Shown: piece by piece, positions 1-10,134 of the stretch
Layout: every line of letters begins with the position of its first letter
Position numbering within the stretch: the first letter of the stretch is position 1
Assembly (NCBI GenBank): GCA_963806185.1
Contig: CAWDXE010000001.1
Location: 224,001 to 288,000 of the forward strand
DNA from: an uncultured candidate division Zixibacteria bacterium
GTDB taxonomy: Bacteria > Zixibacteria > MSB-5A5 > GN15 > FEB-12
Direction of reading: 5' to 3'
DNA: 64,000 bases
Translations under genes and position numbers: made by a program
The notes under the pieces: generated by a model
Told to the model about the DNA's origin: nothing
Databases searched by the model: none
The model's input: only the letters and a program-made list of their open reading frames with translations

Positions 1-1
1 T

Positions 2-820
2 CTGCCGGCAATAAACGGGTCAGCCACTCACTTGTTCAAGGTCCTCATGAATCTGGTGGTGAATGCCTTTGACGCAATGTCGGACGGAGGGGTACTGCGC
101 ATGACGACCGGGCGCCGCATCCTGACGGAGGCCCCGGCCGGCAACGAATCGCTGGCAGCAGGCGAATACGTCGTTCTGAGCATCTCGGATACCGGCGCCG
201 GAATCGCCGAGGCAGACAGAGCACGGATCTTCGAACCGTATTTTTCGACCAAGAAGATGGGCGGCAGTGGGACAGGCCTTGGTCTGGCAATTGTCCATGG
301 AATCGTCAAGGATCACAACGGGGCAGTTCTGATTATGTCCGAGGTAGGACACGGCACGGCAATGGAGATATTCCTGCCGGTTACGACCTGTCCAACCCGG
401 ACGGTCGCCGAAGCCAACGAGAGTTTACTCGGCACCGGGCACATACTGATTGTGGATGACATGGCGGAGCAACGCGCGCTGGCTTCGCACCTCCTCACCA
501 GCCTGGGGTATACCACAGGGTCGGTGTCAACCGGGACTGCGGCGACGGAGTATGTCGCCCGGCACAAAGTTGATCTGGTCGTTCTGGATATGCTCCTGGA
601 ACCGGAGATGGACGGTCTGGACGCATTGCGCGAAATCCGCCGCGCCCAACCTGACGTTGCGGTTGTCCTTGTTTCGGGCTACGCCGCGACGGAGCGGGTA
701 CACCTGGCCCTGGAGGCCGGGGCATCCTCGCTCGTACCGAAGCCATTCACGCGCGATACACTGGGCAGAGCGGTTCTGGCTGCACGGCGTGGGCAACATC
801 AGCCGACGGTCCAGGTCTGA
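2..820 (+). CDS. Hybrid sensor histidine kinase/response regulator, C-terminal part (HATPase_c + receiver); 5' end outside window
   Basis: N box (LMNLVVNAFDAM), DTGAGI, FEPYFSTK and GTGLGL boxes, then a receiver domain (ILIVDD...DLVVLDM...VSG...KPF). Frame is open back to base 2. Confidence 0.93.
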   Translation: MPAINGSATHLFKVLMNLVVNAFDAMSDGGVLRMTTGRRILTEAPAGNESLAAGEYVVLSISDTGAGIAEADRARIFEPYFSTKKMGGSGTGLGLAIVHGIVKDHNGAVLIMSEVGHGTAMEIFLPVTTCPTRTVAEANESLLGTGHILIVDDMAEQRALASHLLTSLGYTTGSVSTGTAATEYVARHKVDLVVLDMLLEPEMDGLDALREIRRAQPDVAVVLVSGYAATERVHLALEAGASSLVPKPFTRDTLGRAVLAARRGQHQPTVQV

Positions 821-930
821 GTTATCCGTTCAACTTCCCGCTTCCGGAAATACGGCACCCAGAATGTGCTTGTACGCACTGTCCGGATGCCGTAGATTTT
901 TCCCAAACAACAAAATCAGTTCCACGGCGA

Positions 931-3900
931 GTGGTGGAGGTAGATCCTTTGCGTAGTGCTCGTTTCCTCGTGGCGGCGCTCTTTCTGGCGTTGCCCATAT
1001 TCGTAAGTGCCGCCGATGAATTCGTTTCTCTTCAGCCAGACCAACCGATAGCCGATTTTCGCACGGAAGCGGTTTATGACAACGAATCCGGTCACGTGGT
1101 CGGCGCGAGATTCCGACATGTGCCCAGTGGCTTCGTGCTTGACCTGCTGCGCATTCAATCGCTCCCCCAGGCGTTCATGTGGGTGAACTCGCCGCCTCCT
1201 TCCGACCAGGGCGAACCTCACACGCTGGAGCATCTCCTGTTGGGCAAGGGCAACAAGGGGCGGTATGTCGCTTCGCTTGAGGATATGTCTCTGGGCTCCA
1301 GCTCGGCATTCACCATGCAGGTACAGACCTGTTACCACTTCAACGCGCCGACGCCGGAGATATTCTTCAATCTGCTCGAAGCCAAGATGGACGCAATGGT
1401 GCACCCGAATTACTCGGATGAAGAAATTCGGCGTGAGGTCGCCAACATGGGTGTGGCCGAGAACCAGTCGGACGGATCTCTCCGTCTGGAAGAAAAGGGA
1501 ACGGTCTACAACGAGATGACCCGATCATTTGAAAGTCCCTGGGGTAATCTCAGTGTTACGATGGATCGGATGATTTGGGGCGCGGGGCATCCGCTATCAT
1601 TTTCGTCAGGCGGGTATCCCGATTCAATTCGCAACATGACGCCGGACGACCTGCGCGCGTTTCACGGCGCCACCCACCATTTGAATAACATGGGTGCCGA
1701 AGTGGCTTTGCCGGACGCGATAAGTCTGGACGACGCGCTGACTCAAATCTCGTCGATTCTCAAGCGGATTGAACCGGAGGCGAAAACGGGCGATCATCCG
1801 TCAGCACTTTACGATCGCCTTCCGGCCGCCAAGTCGGCGCCGTACGGGACGATCGCTATCACTGAGTTCCCGCACGCCGATGAAAACGAGCCGGGTCTGC
1901 TGCTGATGTCCTGGCCGCCGATTGAGAAGGTGGACAATAACGAGCTGTACCTGCTCGAATTGCTTATGAACAACCTGGCCAACGGGCCGTCGTCCAACCT
2001 GTACAAGCGGTTTATCGATTCCCGTACGCGGACCATCGATATTGGCGCAAGTGGAACGTTTGTCTGGGTCGGCAATGAACCGGGACACCCGGTGCAGATG
2101 GGATTTGGCGATATCAACCGGGCTTCGAATAATGAAAAGATGATCGACTCCGTGCGCTCGGCGGTGATCAGTGAGATTGCCCAGATTGCGGCTCTGAAGG
2201 ATGGCTCGCCGGAATTAAAGGATTTCAACGATCGAGCCCTGAATCGGATAGCGCAGCGGCGGCGGACGCTTCGCCAGTTCCTCAATTCACCGCCCGGCTG
2301 GGGCGCCCGGGGCACCGGGTCGGAGTGGATGGAGCATTTGCGTCGACTGCATTACAGCGGCGGCTTCCATCGTTCACTCGTGCTGGCAAACGAACTGGCC
2401 TTTGCGGATTCACTGGTCAATCAACCGGCGAATATATGGCGCGAATACATCAATCGGTGGCAACTGCTTACGGTGAAGCCGTATGCCGTAAGTGCCAAGG
2501 CCAGCCCGCAGCTTCTGGCCCGACAGGAAGCGGCGCGGCAGGCACGGATCGACGCCTACGCCGACAAGCTGATGAAGGAATACGGCGTGTCCGACCGGAG
2601 CGAGGCCATCAAGCGCTTCAGTGCCGACTACGATCGCAACACCGCGGCCATCGATGCGGAGGCCACCAGGATCACGATGCCGGCCTTTGCGCACAATCCG
2701 CCGATGACACTCGATGATCAGTTGAAATACCGGGTGGACACGCTTCCGGGCGGTGCTCCGCTGGTTGCCTCGACATTCGAAAACATGTCCGGCGCGACCA
2801 TGGGGTTTGCGTTTCGGATGGACGTCGTCCCGGAATCGCTGCTGGTCTATGTGTCGGCGCTGCCGGATTTGCTGACGTCGATCGGCGGGACATATAAGGG
2901 GCAGCTTCTCGCCTACGACAAGATGTCGGAGGCAGTTCGAAAAGAGATCCTTCGCTTAAGCACGTATTATAGCGTCAATTACCGCAAGGAGCGGGTTGAA
3001 CTGGTATGTCGTGCTGCGGGCAGCGACAGTGTCGAGGCCCAACGGGCGGTCGACTGGATTAACACGGCGTTGTTCGGCGCCAATTTCTCGGTGGAGAATC
3101 TCCCCCGCATTCGCGACGTGATCGATCAGACCCTCATGGATATCCGCAGCCGAACCGCCAGTGCGGAGGAAAGCTGGGTGGACGAGCCGGCGAACGGCTA
3201 TTGGAAGCAGGACGACCCGCTTATCCTGGCGGCGGATAACTTCCTCACGCGCGCCCACGCGTTCCACCGTCTGCGCTGGCTGCTGAAGGAATCCGGTTCA
3301 CCCACGCTGGGCGATCAATTCTCCAAGTTCATGGACGAACTTGCACCACTCGGCGCCAACTACACCCGGGACACGATTCTTCTGGTGCTCGGCTATCTGA
3401 AAACCGACACAACCGAAAAGGCGCTGTTGCCGGAAGCCGACCGTCTGCGGAAATTGATGGCGGCGGCGCGGGAAGACACGCGCGGTGTTATCGAGGACGC
3501 ACTTTCGGACCTGGAGCGACTGCTGTCGGATATCCCCGACAATTCGTTGGGGGCCGACTGGCGGTATCTCTGCCGACAAATGACACTCGATTTCCTGACG
3601 CCGGCGCGCGAGGCGCTCGATCAACTGCAGGCTGTTCTGGCGTTGGTGCGTCGGTCGGACAACGTGCGCAGTTTTGTCGTGGGATCGACCGCCACGCAGA
3701 AGGCGCTGCGCCCCCGGCTCGATGAGATCGTCAGCCGACTGGACACGGCGCCCTCCAAGCGGGCAACGTACGCAGCAGGCGAACGAATCAATAATCGGCT
3801 GAAGGAACGGGCGAAAAACAGCACCCCGCCGATCTATGTTGGACTGGTGAATAACAGCACGCGTTCGGGGGTCATATTCAACACGGCCGACTGCGCTTCG

Positions 3901-4539
3901 TATGCGGACACGAGCAAAGACGTGCTCATTCGATTTCTCTCGGCCCGGCTGTACGGCGGTGGGGGCGCCCACAGCATGTTCATGAAGACCTGGGGCGCGG
4001 GTCTGGCCTACTCCAATGGCCTGAGAAGCAACGAAGCGTCGGGCCGGCTCATCTACTACGCTGAGCGGTGTCCTGATCTGTCGCAGACGATGCAATTTGT
4101 CGTCGATCAACTAAAAAACGCGCCGCGCGACACTGCGCTCGCTGAATACGCGGTTTCGCAGGCCTTCGTCATGCTCCGGGGCGGCGCCAGTTACGAGGCA
4201 CGAGGGGAAGCCATGGCCAATGATCTGGCCGACGGCATTACCCCTGACGTGGTGAGATCATTCCGCCAGCGGATTCTCGATCTTCGGAAAGACCCGAAGC
4301 TATACGATAAACTGGCGGCCCAGATGGAATCGATTTATGGCCTGGTGCTGCCTGATTACGGCCCCAGCGGGGAGGAAGCAGCCAAGACGGCGCACGCCAT
4401 GAACTTCATTATCGGCCCGGAGAAGCAGTTTCAGACCTACGAGCAGTATCTCGATAAGACGGAAGGTGATATAGAGTTGCAGCGATTGTACCCCCGCGAT
4501 TATTGGCTGCCACGCACCTTGCCGAAGACGAGCCGATAG
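931..4539 (+). CDS. Secreted M16 family (insulinase/presequence protease-like) zinc metallopeptidase
   Basis: Inverted zinc motif HTLEH; downstream KGTVYNEM and SGGxP motifs typical of PreP-like M16C; N-terminal signal-like stretch (FLVAALFLALPIFVSA); 1202 aa. Confidence 0.85.
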   Translation: MVEVDPLRSARFLVAALFLALPIFVSAADEFVSLQPDQPIADFRTEAVYDNESGHVVGARFRHVPSGFVLDLLRIQSLPQAFMWVNSPPPSDQGEPHTLEHLLLGKGNKGRYVASLEDMSLGSSSAFTMQVQTCYHFNAPTPEIFFNLLEAKMDAMVHPNYSDEEIRREVANMGVAENQSDGSLRLEEKGTVYNEMTRSFESPWGNLSVTMDRMIWGAGHPLSFSSGGYPDSIRNMTPDDLRAFHGATHHLNNMGAEVALPDAISLDDALTQISSILKRIEPEAKTGDHPSALYDRLPAAKSAPYGTIAITEFPHADENEPGLLLMSWPPIEKVDNNELYLLELLMNNLANGPSSNLYKRFIDSRTRTIDIGASGTFVWVGNEPGHPVQMGFGDINRASNNEKMIDSVRSAVISEIAQIAALKDGSPELKDFNDRALNRIAQRRRTLRQFLNSPPGWGARGTGSEWMEHLRRLHYSGGFHRSLVLANELAFADSLVNQPANIWREYINRWQLLTVKPYAVSAKASPQLLARQEAARQARIDAYADKLMKEYGVSDRSEAIKRFSADYDRNTAAIDAEATRITMPAFAHNPPMTLDDQLKYRVDTLPGGAPLVASTFENMSGATMGFAFRMDVVPESLLVYVSALPDLLTSIGGTYKGQLLAYDKMSEAVRKEILRLSTYYSVNYRKERVELVCRAAGSDSVEAQRAVDWINTALFGANFSVENLPRIRDVIDQTLMDIRSRTASAEESWVDEPANGYWKQDDPLILAADNFLTRAHAFHRLRWLLKESGSPTLGDQFSKFMDELAPLGANYTRDTILLVLGYLKTDTTEKALLPEADRLRKLMAAAREDTRGVIEDALSDLERLLSDIPDNSLGADWRYLCRQMTLDFLTPAREALDQLQAVLALVRRSDNVRSFVVGSTATQKALRPRLDEIVSRLDTAPSKRATYAAGERINNRLKERAKNSTPPIYVGLVNNSTRSGVIFNTADCASYADTSKDVLIRFLSARLYGGGGAHSMFMKTWGAGLAYSNGLRSNEASGRLIYYAERCPDLSQTMQFVVDQLKNAPRDTALAEYAVSQAFVMLRGGASYEARGEAMANDLADGITPDVVRSFRQRILDLRKDPKLYDKLAAQMESIYGLVLPDYGPSGEEAAKTAHAMNFIIGPEKQFQTYEQYLDKTEGDIELQRLYPRDYWLPRTLPKTSR

Positions 4540-4566
4540 GCGCCGCTCCATTATAATTGCACATGC

Positions 4567-4603
4567 AACGGTCCCGAATGCAACTTTCGGGACCGTTTTT
4601 TGT
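4567..4603 (+). terminator. Intrinsic terminator after the M16 peptidase
   Basis: Stem aacggtcccga / tcgggaccgtt followed by a T-run. Confidence 0.7.
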
Positions 4604-4652
4604 TATGAGTGTCTAGCCTTGGTGATAGGAAGACAATGATAAAGGAGCGACC

Positions 4653-5351
4653 ATGATCACTGCGAGGAAATCGTCCGAGCGCGGCCAGGCCGATCACGGC
4701 TGGCTGCAGACTTTTCACACTTTCTCCTTTGCGGATTACCATGATCCGGAGCACACCAGCTTTCGCCAGTTGAGAGTCATCAACGAAGATTGGGTGGCGC
4801 CGACGCGCGGGTTCGCGGCGCATCCTCATCGCGATATGGAAATCGTGACCTACATCCTTGAAGGGGAGTTGGAGCACAAGGATTCGATGGGCACGGGATC
4901 GGTAATTCGGCGGGGTGACGTGCAGCGGATGAGCGCCGGCAGCGGTGTCGTGCACAGCGAATTCAATCCCTCGACCGAGCAACCTGTTCATCTCTGGCAA
5001 ATATGGTTGTTTCCTGACCAGCGTGGACGCCGGCCCGAATATGAGCAAAAGACTTTCGATGACCACACCAAGCTGAATCAGTTGCGACTGATTGTGTCGC
5101 CTGACGCAGCGGAAGGGGCGATCGGGATTCACCAGGATGTGCGCGTCTTCGCTTCCATTTTGGAAGCGGGTCATCAGGTTCAGCACGAATTTGTGTCCGG
5201 TCGCCATGGCTGGCTGCAGCTTGCCTCCGGTCGAGTGACGGTTAACGGTGTACCGCTGGCGTCAGGGGACGGAGCGAGGATTAGCGACGAGGCCGCGCTA
5301 ACGATTGCGGCCAACGAGCGGGCTGAGTTTCTGCTTTTCGACCTCAACTGA
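4653..5351 (+). CDS. Pirin family protein (YhhW-like bicupin)
   Basis: HTFSFADY, LRVINED, HPHRDMEI, QRMSAGSGVVHSE, QIW motifs; RBS aaggag. Confidence 0.95.
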   Translation: MITARKSSERGQADHGWLQTFHTFSFADYHDPEHTSFRQLRVINEDWVAPTRGFAAHPHRDMEIVTYILEGELEHKDSMGTGSVIRRGDVQRMSAGSGVVHSEFNPSTEQPVHLWQIWLFPDQRGRRPEYEQKTFDDHTKLNQLRLIVSPDAAEGAIGIHQDVRVFASILEAGHQVQHEFVSGRHGWLQLASGRVTVNGVPLASGDGARISDEAALTIAANERAEFLLFDLN

Positions 5352-5603
5352 GGGACGTTTGGCTTTGCACGGAGCCATGAGAGGTTCTGGCAGGTCTCCC
5401 TTATCGGGCACGGGGCGGGTCGATTTTCGAACGGCTAATCCCTTAGGTGAAATGGACTTCACCAGCGGCAGAAGTGGATTCCATCAGATCGACGTGACCA
5501 CACCCGTGGCTCATCATCTTGGAACGTGAAATCGACTATATAGCCTTCCAATCGAGGCGTCGTTGTTGCGCGGCTAACCTCTCTGCCACCAGTAATTTAC
5601 TGG

Positions 5604-5632
5604 TTGACAATCGTACGATTTCACGGTATACT
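5604..5632 (+). promoter_or_regulatory. Sigma-70-type promoter for the first large secreted protein
   Basis: TTGACA (5604-5609), 17-nt spacer, TATACT (5627-5632); abutted upstream by the palindrome ccagtaa-t-ttactgg (5589-5603). Confidence 0.7.
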
Positions 5633-6110
5633 TTTATGTGCCGGAGACTGTATAGATGTTTTTGTAAATAGACCAGTTATACGCGTTCGTGTCGGGGTTG
5701 GACGACTCCTGCCGATTCGCGCTTCGAAGCACATATTTGGGTAACCATTACCGGCGCTTCTGCGTCGCCGGAAAGAGTGACCGTGATTGCAGTGTTGACA
5801 AGCGGTAATCCCCATACCGCGATGGCAACGACCCTGAGCATTGGGGTCGTCGGGCCAGTTATTTATCTTTTGATTGTATTTGCAGTTCAGAATTACGTCC
5901 GATTACACGTGCAGAATTGGCATCGGAAACAGTGTTACTCCGCTCTGCCGGGCAGCGTCGTGATATCGCGCTGCAGGAAAGGAGGTATTTCGATGCAATG
6001 AGCCCGCTGATCGGCGTTGCGGGTGGCACGAACGCCGACCGAGCTGAGGCAAGATGTAAGCGCTGTGCTGCAGAGCGGAGCGCTGATCGAACATTCAGGA
6101 ATCGAAAGGA

Positions 6111-9100
6111 ATGAAAATGATCAGGAAGCTTACAGTGTTGCTCGTCCTTAGCCTGATTGCGATCGCGTTTATCGCGGTTTCCATCGACGCTAAGTCGGTT
6201 TTCGACAAAGGCAAGCGTGTCGTCGACGAGCGGACCAATAAAGTCACGACCTTCAGTTTCACGGGCAAACGTCCTCTCGTGGCCCGTGGCGACGTACCCG
6301 AGCTCCCCACGCCGACCACGTCGAGCGCCGTCCGCTCATCGCTGGGCGTTCCGGCGACTGCCGGACAGTCGGCGTCTCCGGGATTTACGGTTGACGTATC
6401 GTATAATGACGACCAGTACATTCCGTCGGCCGGTCACCAGGTCGAATGGCGGGGTACGTCGCCGTACGTGCAATTCGCGTATGGCAACGCCAATTCGAAG
6501 GGAGATATCAGCCGATTCGGCTATAACGTGTATGACCCGGTTCTGGGCAACTGGCCGCGCACGGCGGAAGTTGGCTGCGAGATTCAGGGTGCCGGCGATA
6601 TCGGGACCCAGGTCGACATGTCGCTCAATTCGAGCGGATTTGTGGTGATTGGCGGCGTGGACGGAACGACCACGGCCACCCAGGACAACCACTTTTTCTT
6701 CCAGACGGCGAAGTTCAGCTGTACGTGGGGCACCGGCACGAAGATAGCGGCGAGCCAGTACAATGTGAACTTCCTGGCGTCGACAAACCTGCTGCACCAC
6801 CCGCGCATAGAGTCGCAGACCTGGGCTGGTCAGACCTACACGCACGTGGTGGCGGTAGAGAGCAAAGTGCAGGATGTGACGACAGAGTTCCGTCGCAACA
6901 CGCTGCATTATTTCCGCAAGGTAGGGACGGCACAGGCCGGGACCTGGACCGGTCCGGTCACGCTTGACACGATCGCGTCGGTGTCGAATTCCCAGCGGGT
7001 CAACGCAGCCAGCATCGTGTCCTCGCGGGTGTCGCCGAAAGTGGCCGTCGTGTATGTAGTACCGACGGCTGAGGGTTTAGCCCATCAGCAGCGGTATGAC
7101 GCGGACATCTGGTACACCGAGTCTGACTCGGTGGGCGCCACCTGGGGACCGCGGGTCAACATGACCGGTTTCCATCATGACGTCGCCTCCAAAACATCTT
7201 TTATGGGATCGGTCGGTTTCTACGATACGCAGGGTTTCCTGCACATCATTTTTGATGCTACCGACGTTCCTGCCGGCGCGTATGACCCGGCGTCCTCGTA
7301 CTTCTGGGGAGATTTCTCGAACAGCCTCTATCACTGGTCGAAGCGTGTGGCTGGGACGTACGCTGGCGGCACGATCGCCAAGATCCACAACTCTGAATGG
7401 GGCATTGATCTCAACACCGAGGTTTGCGGATTCGGCTCTCCGGGTACCGGATACACCGGGTTCTATTCGGTGGCCGAGTGCGACGGTCGTTTGTACGTCA
7501 TATTCACCCAGTATCTTGACTATTTTGGTATTTTCACCGGCACGTCGCACATTGATGACTGCGCGGTGGGTGCGTCGGACCGTCTCTACGCCGCCAACGG
7601 CGAGGTGTGCGTCTGCGTCTCGTCCGATCGTGACGGTATGCTCTGGGATGCCGCACGTAACCTGACGAACACGTATACGCCTAACTGCGACTCGGCGGGC
7701 GGAACCGGCGGCGAATGCGCCAACGACACGCGGCCGACCGTATCGCGGTATGGAATGAACGTCAATTCGTTTGACACCAATGCGGTGCACGTGAACCTGA
7801 CCTGGCCGGGGACGGATCTGATCGTTCCGGCGGGTGGTACGGCCGATTCGATGTTCCTGCATGTCTTCTATACGGCCGACAAGTTCCCGGCGCCGGGCTG
7901 GCGCGATACGACGACCTACAACCGGGCGACGCCGAACCCGCTCAAGTGGATGCGTCTGGCTTGTGTCGATCCTATCAGTGCGCCGCAGATTCGGGTGTCG
8001 CCGAACCTGATCGCCTATCCGGAGTACACCAAGCATAATACGCAGAAGAGCGTGACGGTCACGGTGACCAACGAAGGGAACGAAGATCTGCATGTGACCA
8101 CGATCGGGACGGACAAGGTCAGTCCGATCACGCCGAACTGGCTGGCCACCTCGGTGGGAAGCCTGACGGTCGCGGCGGGTCAATCGAACACAGGAACGTT
8201 TAACGTCCTGCTTAACGGTCCCGGCCTGATCAACAGCCCGGGGACGGTAGTGGCGCTGAACGGTGAAGTGTATTTGTTATCGGATGCACCGGCGCCGCGC
8301 GACTCGGTATCGATCTTTATCGAGAACTTCCTGGTGGCCGACACGGTGGTGGGTCTGGACTTTGACACGGTGGTGACCTGCGGCGTGGAGTTGATGGTGG
8401 ACAACCATGGGAACATGGGCAGCCAGGGTCAGGGCAAGGTCAATCTGGACTTTGTCGGCTCGGGTGAGTGCGACACGTCGGGGGCGAAAACCTACCTGTA
8501 TGACGGTGGACCGATGTTGATTCGGAACCTGGGTGGTGGTTCGTTTGTGTACAGCAACGCGTTGTTTGAAGATGACTTCAGCACGGCCCAGTCGTTCAAG
8601 CCGTTGACGGGTCCGGTGCCGGCCAGTTTCGTGGGTCCGGCGGGCTCTGACGGTTATTTCACGGGCACTTTTGTGACTCGTGACACGGCGGTGGGCATGC
8701 AGTTGCGGTACTACGGTCCGACGGACGGTGGCGACAACTGCGACTTCGTCATTCAGCAGATGAAGGTGTTCAAGATGACGCCGGGGACGCTGACGGGAAT
8801 CACGGTTGGTCAGGGGATCGACTGGGATATTCGTTCGGACAGCGGTGCGCAGAACTCGTTCAATCGTTCGGGGGTAGCGACCGACTCGTCGTTTGTGTAC
8901 CAGCGTGGTGTGGACACGGGCGCGGTGACCGGTTGCAATCCTGATTCGGGTCGTTATGGCGCCCAGGCGGTGCTGGGGATGTACCTGAAGTCGGACAGTG
9001 TGGCCAACAATTGCGCCACGAGCAACATTTACGGTATGTACGCGCAGTACAATGACACGTTGTTCAAGTACGACACGTTGTCGGAGAATCTGGAAGCGAA

Positions 9101-9557
9101 CTTCTACTGGAACGAGATGGGGATCGCCGGCTATCGCAGTCGTGCGGGGGTTCGCGATTTCCATATGATCACGACCTACAAGTACAACACGAGTTTGAGC
9201 AACACCGACACGTTGACCTGTTGGACGGTGATGACGTCCGTGCGGAACGGGACGTTGACCGATCTGGCGGCCAATGTGGCGGCGGCCAAGGCCTGGTTCT
9301 TTGCCAATCTGCGTCCGGGTTGCGGATCGTGTTGTGTCGGCAGCGTGGGTAATATTGATGGTGACATCACTGACGGCGTTGACGTTGGTGACCTGACCAA
9401 GTTGATCAACAACCTGTTCATCACCTTTGAAGCGATAGCCTGTCCGGCGGAAGCCAACTGTGATGGCGATCCGCTGAACAGTGTCGACGTAGGTGATTTG
9501 ACGGCACTGATTAACAACCTGTTTATTACGTTCGCGCCGCTTCCTGCCTGTCAGTAA
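6111..9557 (+). CDS. Large secreted protein, copy 1 (Asp-box/beta-propeller-like region, Ig-like domain, C-terminal dockerin-like domain)
   Basis: Signal peptide; Asp-box-like SDSVGATW; Ig-like PQIRVSP...VTVTNEGNEDL; C-terminal CCVG-GNIDGD...DVGDLT.LINNLFITF repeated twice (duplicated Ca-loop-helix). Confidence 0.85.
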   Translation: MKMIRKLTVLLVLSLIAIAFIAVSIDAKSVFDKGKRVVDERTNKVTTFSFTGKRPLVARGDVPELPTPTTSSAVRSSLGVPATAGQSASPGFTVDVSYNDDQYIPSAGHQVEWRGTSPYVQFAYGNANSKGDISRFGYNVYDPVLGNWPRTAEVGCEIQGAGDIGTQVDMSLNSSGFVVIGGVDGTTTATQDNHFFFQTAKFSCTWGTGTKIAASQYNVNFLASTNLLHHPRIESQTWAGQTYTHVVAVESKVQDVTTEFRRNTLHYFRKVGTAQAGTWTGPVTLDTIASVSNSQRVNAASIVSSRVSPKVAVVYVVPTAEGLAHQQRYDADIWYTESDSVGATWGPRVNMTGFHHDVASKTSFMGSVGFYDTQGFLHIIFDATDVPAGAYDPASSYFWGDFSNSLYHWSKRVAGTYAGGTIAKIHNSEWGIDLNTEVCGFGSPGTGYTGFYSVAECDGRLYVIFTQYLDYFGIFTGTSHIDDCAVGASDRLYAANGEVCVCVSSDRDGMLWDAARNLTNTYTPNCDSAGGTGGECANDTRPTVSRYGMNVNSFDTNAVHVNLTWPGTDLIVPAGGTADSMFLHVFYTADKFPAPGWRDTTTYNRATPNPLKWMRLACVDPISAPQIRVSPNLIAYPEYTKHNTQKSVTVTVTNEGNEDLHVTTIGTDKVSPITPNWLATSVGSLTVAAGQSNTGTFNVLLNGPGLINSPGTVVALNGEVYLLSDAPAPRDSVSIFIENFLVADTVVGLDFDTVVTCGVELMVDNHGNMGSQGQGKVNLDFVGSGECDTSGAKTYLYDGGPMLIRNLGGGSFVYSNALFEDDFSTAQSFKPLTGPVPASFVGPAGSDGYFTGTFVTRDTAVGMQLRYYGPTDGGDNCDFVIQQMKVFKMTPGTLTGITVGQGIDWDIRSDSGAQNSFNRSGVATDSSFVYQRGVDTGAVTGCNPDSGRYGAQAVLGMYLKSDSVANNCATSNIYGMYAQYNDTLFKYDTLSENLEANFYWNEMGIAGYRSRAGVRDFHMITTYKYNTSLSNTDTLTCWTVMTSVRNGTLTDLAANVAAAKAWFFANLRPGCGSCCVGSVGNIDGDITDGVDVGDLTKLINNLFITFEAIACPAEANCDGDPLNSVDVGDLTALINNLFITFAPLPACQ

Positions 9558-9630
9558 GCAGTCGAACCGATAGACGGTGACGATGAGATACGGCCACCTC
9601 CCCCCGGGGGGTGGCCGTACGTGTTTGCGG
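6204..9630 (+). repeat. ~3.4-kb direct repeat, copy 1 (partner at 10222-13643)
   Basis: Near-identical nucleotide sequence at an offset of about 4015-4018, extending about 70 nt past the stop codon; divergent patch at about 6980-7660. Confidence 0.95.
9589..9627 (+). terminator. Hairpin/terminator downstream of copy 1
   Basis: tacggccacctcccccc/ggggggtggccgta GC-rich stem followed by cgtgttt; identical copy after copy 2. Confidence 0.6.
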
Positions 9631-9774
9631 AAAAAATCCAGAGGATCGGCATGCTTCCGGGTCGACGGGGGTCGGGCGTTCCCGGGCTGGAAGCGGATTC
9701 AGGACAAAATCGGTCAAGGGGAATTCCTTAGGCCACTAGTTGCTTGCAGGACAAGGGCCCCGCTGAAATTGGCA

Positions 9775-9803
9775 TTGACAAAATCCGTCGCTGCATATAC
9801 ATT
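9775..9803 (+). promoter_or_regulatory. Sigma-70-type promoter for copy 2
   Basis: TTGACA (9775-9780), 17-nt spacer, TACATT (9798-9803). Confidence 0.6.
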
Positions 9804-10134
9804 TCGTATGCTGGAGAGGTTTGCCTTAGGGACAGAGTATCCGGGCCCGGGCCTTCAACGCTACTTCGTCTCGAAGATAGATTTCTACAATTTATTGATC
9901 GTGCATACGTGAGAACATAACCGACAATCGACCTTGGACGATAAGGTCGCCTCCGTCGTAGTCACGATATCGGCGGGACAAGGAAAGGAGGTAATCTCAG
10001 CAACGAGTAACACGGCGTTCGGCCCTCGGCTTTGGGCCATCGGACGCGCATGCTGTGCGTGTAGAAATGGACACGCAGAGCATTGCTAGCTTCTTCTTTG
10101 GGACAATTATTTGGGAATCGAAAGGAGCACGGGA

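Noticed and set aside
5352..6110. Small ORFs or a known riboswitch in the long leader
   Set aside because: The ORFs are not conserved in the second leader, and I could not recognise cobalamin, TPP, SAM or c-di-GMP consensus elements by eye; an Rfam scan would be needed to exclude them.
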